The notes beneath the pieces are model-generated. The model was not told where the DNA came from, searched no databases, and saw only the letters and a list, made by a program, of their open reading frames with translations. The position numbers and the translations under genes are program-made. Shown here piece by piece: positions 58,824 through 64,000 of a stretch of DNA of 64,000 nucleotides. Source of the DNA: Octopus vulgaris (Eukaryota); NCBI GenBank assembly GCA_951406725.2, contig OX597818.1, positions 91,202,001 through 91,266,000 of the forward strand, given 5' to 3'. Position 1 is the stretch's first letter. Every line of letters starts with the position of its first letter.

Positions 58824-60331
58824 TACATATGAAAAAATAGAGAATATGATTGAAACTAATTTACTTAATATTTATAAACACTATAATAAACATCCTAGAA
58901 TCTATCTCATCAATAATTTAGTATTTGATATGCCCTCCTTTTGCTTATATGACCACTTTCGCGCGTTTTTGTATACTTGAAACTAAGTTGGTGCAAGTGT
59001 CTGCGTCAATTTTCTGCCATTCATATGTGTGATACTGAGTTTTTTTTATTTCAATGTTTTCAGTGAATATCTTATAAATAACTTATCAGTGGATAATATT
59101 TGTTGAAAATTTTTCCTCAGAAAACGACTGAAGCTCGAGCTGCACAAATCATTGAATTATCTAGTGAAGCATTTTCCCAAGTTGAAATTTTAAGAAATGC
59201 TTGAGAAAAGATATCCATCAAAAGGTACAATGAGTCCAATTCTTCCAAAACCATAAGAGACGAGCTCGCAAAAAGTGTACAACAGCGAGGTGGAAACAGG
59301 TTGCTGAAGAGGACATCTATGGCCGATAGGAAAAATACCTCTTTTGCTGTAGGTACTGAGTTTCCAGAGGCAACATACAAAATTGTTAGAAGAAGGATAT
59401 TTAAAGCTAGGCTCAAACGATGTAAGGTCAGGAAACAGCCGTTGCTGTCTGAGGTGAACAAAAAGAAGCGATTGCCTTGGGCAAAAGAGTATGAAGATTG
59501 GACTGATGATGATTGGGTTAAAGCTGTTTGGTCTGAGGAAAATAACTTTAAGGCAAGTTCTCCACATTCATTTCCACTACTTTACAAGACATAATTGAAA
59601 TTCTGACATTTGTACATATTTTTATTGGATACCAAAAGTGATCAGTATTTTTTTTCCTCCTCAGATCTTTGGAATCCCTGGAGCTGTTTATGTTCGCCGT
59701 GGAGTTGGGGAGAATTATTATCCAGGATGTGTGGTACCAAAAGTCAAATTTGAAGGCGGAAGCGTAATTGATTGCAGTTACGTGTCATCTTCAGGTCTCG
59801 AACTGTTGTTCACTTGTGTGTGCAGAATGAATTCCAATACTTACACCAATATGTTAAATCAAACTTATCAACCATCCTTAGCAAATATTTACATTGATAA
59901 CATCATAGACATTGCAATTTTCAAAAAGACACAGCTCTATATGACACATCCACGGACTCAATGGGTTGGTTTCAGGAGAATGGGATGATGTTGATGAATT
60001 CATCCCCTTCAATCTCCAGACCCGAAACCTATTGAATATTTGTAGTCACATTTAGATACACGAGTGAGGGTGCACAACTGTCCTTCAGAGAGCGAATTAG
60101 AAGCCAAAATTCATAATGTGTGGCAGAAAATTGACCCCGCCGCTTGCACCAAAGTAGTCTCAAGTTTGCAAAGAAGCATACAAGTGTTTATAAAATCAAA
60201 AGCACACATGAAATGCTAATTATTGATGCAATAAACTCTAGAATGTTTATTATGCTGTTTTCACTTATAAAGTAAATGTGTTTCAATCATATTCTGTATT
60301 TTTTCGTACCTGCTCCGTAATTTTGGCAAGG

Positions 60332-60335
<4 letters not shown>
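58824..60335 (+). mobile_element. Tc1-like (DD34E-type) DNA transposon relic with long TIRs and an intron, inserted in (TA)n
   Basis: RKQPLLSEVNKKKRLPWAKEYEDWTDDDWVKAVWSEE, VPKVKFEGGSV, MNSNTYTNML and PLQSPDPKPIEYL; ~90-bp inverted match between 58830-58920 and 60218-60308; right end ...GGCTG|TA, left TIR missing its outer ~30 bp. Confidence 0.88.
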
Positions 60336-60402
<67 letters not shown>

Positions 60403-60677
60403 ATACATACATAGCTTGTCCACTTTACTCTGTAAAAATCATAAGGCCAGTTTTCCTGTTCTCTTGCCTATATATTCCTCTCTGTACGGGACGCTGGACT
60501 GTCACATGTCTACTCATCTTTATAAGCTAAGTGGATTGGAGCAACGGGAAATGAAGTGTTTTGCTCAAGGCTAAAACGCATCACCCCCTCCATTTTCAAT
60601 GATGAGTCCAACACCTTAACCACTGCGCCAAGCGCCTTGACATAATTGCATACACACACAGATACACACACACACAC

Positions 60678-60716
<39 letters not shown>

Positions 60717-61927
60717 TATTTATTTAGAAGAACAGGGTGACTCAAGTTATCAGACTTTCGTGCGTTGGCAACTATCAATATGATGTAGGGGGCTGCGTGA
60801 GTATGTATACTTATGAGCATGTATGTATACATATATGTGTTCGTGTGTTTATGTGTATATACTGGCATTTATACATTGTAAGTGTGTGAGTATGAGCATA
60901 TGGCCTATTATATGTAATATCAATTTACTTAACGTAGATTCTTCCGACGGTCGAAAGCATATAATTTTAAATATCGTTTTAGATAATAATTTTCTGTGGT
61001 GTTTCTTGTAAGGTTTATTCTATCTTCTAGTATTAATTAAATTGCACATAACGACCTCAAATATTAAGATAGAATTTTGTTTGACAAGATACATATAAAC
61101 ACTAGCTGACCATTAAAATAAGAGCGTCTTATATAAATGATTGCCTTTGAAACCGACACTAAACAATAAATTTGAGACCATATTCTAGTATATATTACTT
61201 GTCACTTGCCTTACACACTATCTTAGTGTATTGAAGATTTAGCAAACATATTTTAGCTTTGATGCAAATATCTGTACAACCAGTTAAATACGCCTACTGC
61301 AATGTGCAAATGTTACGAAACAAGTGTAAGCTAAATAAATCATTCATAGTGCACTTACATTTTTTTATGTCTCCCATACATATATATAATATAAAATAGT
61401 GTATACATATAAGTATAAATATAACTATATATGTATATATATATATGTGTGTGTGTGTGTGTATGTGTGTGTATGTGTGTGTGTGTGTGTGTGCGTGCGT
61501 GTGTGTGCATGTGTGTCTGTCTGTGGGCGTTACGAAACATATAAATTCTACACCCAAATTATAAATTTACATTTGTATCTAAAAATCATTGAAGCATTTA
61601 CTTACACTGTTAAATATTTAAGCAATGTCTGCCAAAAAATAAATAAAGTTATGATTTTTTTATATAAAAAAAAATACCAAGTGATAGCTCTAAACTGTTT
61701 GTTGTTATTTATTTTTGTTGCTATTTAAATTCCAATTAAGAATATTTGTTTCTTCTTTTGGAAACCGGCCCAAATTTTATCTGAAATATTCAAAGAATTA
61801 TGAAAATGTGAGACACTGAAAAATATATATGCATACATACGTTTATACATATATACACATCTAATGTTTATCTCTCTAATTATGTATTTACCTCTTACAT
61901 TTTCGAACTCTTTATCTATCTCTCTAT

Positions 61928-61986
<59 letters not shown>

Positions 61987-62041
61987 TTTGTATGTAAATT
62001 ACATATATACATGTATTATTTGATAGATAGATAAATAGTGA

Positions 62042-62095
<54 letters not shown>

Positions 62096-62219
62096 TGTTT
62101 GAGATATAGATACATAAATCGCTAGATACACACATACATTTATCTATTCTCTTTAAAGACTTGACATTCATATCACCAAACACATGCAATTTTACATACT
62201 TAAAATGCCAGAAAGCTGG

Positions 62220-63058
62220 GACGAGGGGACAATCGATTTACTCAACTCAAACCTGTACTTCACTAGCACTTTATTTTATGGACCCATGAATTAGGAATGG
62301 AAGATGATAACTAAAGCCGATCTTGGTGGGATTTCCGATAGCAACTTAAAGCATTTAATCAAATAGAGTTTGTCATTTTATCTGATGCATATTTCAAATG
62401 TGATATGAAAGCTACTTCATTGAGTGAGCCATAATAATGGAGTAAAATTTTGGCACCAGATCACTAATTTTAGAGGCAAGGTTAAGTCAATATCATCGAC
62501 TCTACTGAACCCGAAATGATAAAACTTGACTTCGACGGCATTTGATCTCAGAATGTGAAGCCACAAGAAATTCCGCTCAGCATTTTCTCCTGTGAGGTAA
62601 TGAATCTGCCATCTCGCTTTCAAATTTTGCAGTAGTTAATTATTTCTAATTGTGTTTCATAAGGTGCGGTTGTAATCGATGACATTGAATCCAGTGCTCA
62701 AATGGTTCTTATTTTATTGATCCCGAAAGTTTGAAAAGCAAAGCAGACCTTAACAGAATTTGAAGTCAAAATATGAAGAACCGGAAGATATGTCATTTAG
62801 CATTTTCTCGGTTGTGTTAACGGCTCTTCCAGTTTAACGCGTTAAAATTCATCGTATTAAGAATGCGGGACTTAAACTTTTAGGGAGGACGCTAGTTGAT
62901 TAAACCGACAACGGGGCTCGATTGGTATGTATTTTATCAACACTGAAAAGATGAAAGGTAAAGCCGATCTTAAGGGATTTAGAACTTAGAACATAAAGCC
63001 GGTAGAAATGGCGCTAAGCATTCTGTCCGGCTTACTAACGACTCAGCCAGCTTGCCGC
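62220..63058 (-). mobile_element. Cluster of four old SINE family A copies in the same orientation
   Basis: Repeated degenerate GAAAGG.AAAG.CGA.CT...ATTTGAACTCAGAA...CAGCTTGCC motifs at ~62220, 62440, 62670 and 62870. Confidence 0.65.
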
Positions 63059-64000
63059 TATGTGAGAGTCATAATAATATAAAGTATCTGTTCTAAGAAA
63101 ACGAACAGATGTGGTGAACTGATTCACTCATTGAAAATGGTATGGTTACGAAAGTGGAAATCGGAAATTGTGAACGCAAACCGAGCTACAGAAAGGCACC
63201 GGGGAAGCATAACTCCTGTATGTCTGATATAAGCTCTTATGAAATAGGGTGCAACGGACTGTTGCAGGTAACCTTAGAGAAGAGGTGTCTGGCAAATGCA
63301 AAATATTTTAGCAACTACCAGCCCATAACGGCCGAATGCATTCAATCGCTAAATCAACCAACACACTGAGATCAACGAGAGTGTTTATAAACATTATATT
63401 TGATGGAGCAGTTGTTGTGAACAACTGCTTATTAATAGCTTATAAAACAAGAAAATATTATCGTAGCAAGTACTCTTCTGAAAATTTACACAACCTGCAA
63501 CTTAACATACTTCAGAGCCACGGTACCATCACCATTTAATAACGGCCAGCGCATTTATTCGTGTATAAGATCACACGACACCAGTAGCCAAGTTCCTCAC
63601 AAAAAACTAGTAATTTTACATCTGGATCTACTAGCACGGCGTACTTGAAATGTTTATTTAACGCAAGCGTGTAAACTGTTTGAATATTTATTCATATACG
63701 CACGCACTGTCTCCATAAATTAGCGCACTGCGCACAACTTTACTGACACATAAATACGTGAAATCAGCGCAAGTTACTCATTCGCTTTCTCTCTGTGTAG
63801 AGCAGAATGGTATAAGCAACCCTAATCAAACAGGATAAAAAAATACGTAACATTTACTAAATTGTTCACTGGCATACGCTAAAGAGTCGGACTTGTGGTT
63901 TCAAAATTAACGTTTTGCAGAGGTTATAAATGTATGCTTATTAAATTTACGTATGTAAATTTGAGCGTGTATGAGTGTATGTGTGTGTGACTGTCTGTGT

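Noticed and set aside
40130-64000. A second S-crystallin paralog (these genes often cluster)
   Set aside because: I found no exon resembling any of the six S-crystallin exons on either strand by eye; TBLASTN would be needed to exclude diverged fragments.

Overview
AT-rich, microsatellite- and transposon-dense eukaryotic DNA, almost certainly from an octopus. The only host gene I can support is a complete six-exon S-crystallin (sigma-class GST-derived lens protein) on the + strand, CDS 20380-39621, which I spliced by hand to 648 nt / 215 aa. It has a TATA box and Inr, and a 30-nt symmetric microexon encoding the crystallin-specific loop. The rest is repeats: several R4/Dong-type non-LTR retrotransposons tied to (TAA)n, Penelope-like RT/GIY-YIG relics, Chapaev3, maT, mariner and Tc1 DNA transposon relics, three tRNA-derived SINE families, and a 3.1-kb satellite with ~10-bp periodicity. 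The most interesting unannotated signal is a set of palindromic elements sitting in TA microsatellites that carry hammerhead-ribozyme-like folds. The best case (55678-56186) has a type I fold with a U4C core variant and a G-U-rich stem II extension, present once on each strand. Family assignments come from motif recognition only; no searches or folding programs were run, and repeat boundaries are approximate unless a TSD or TIR is given.
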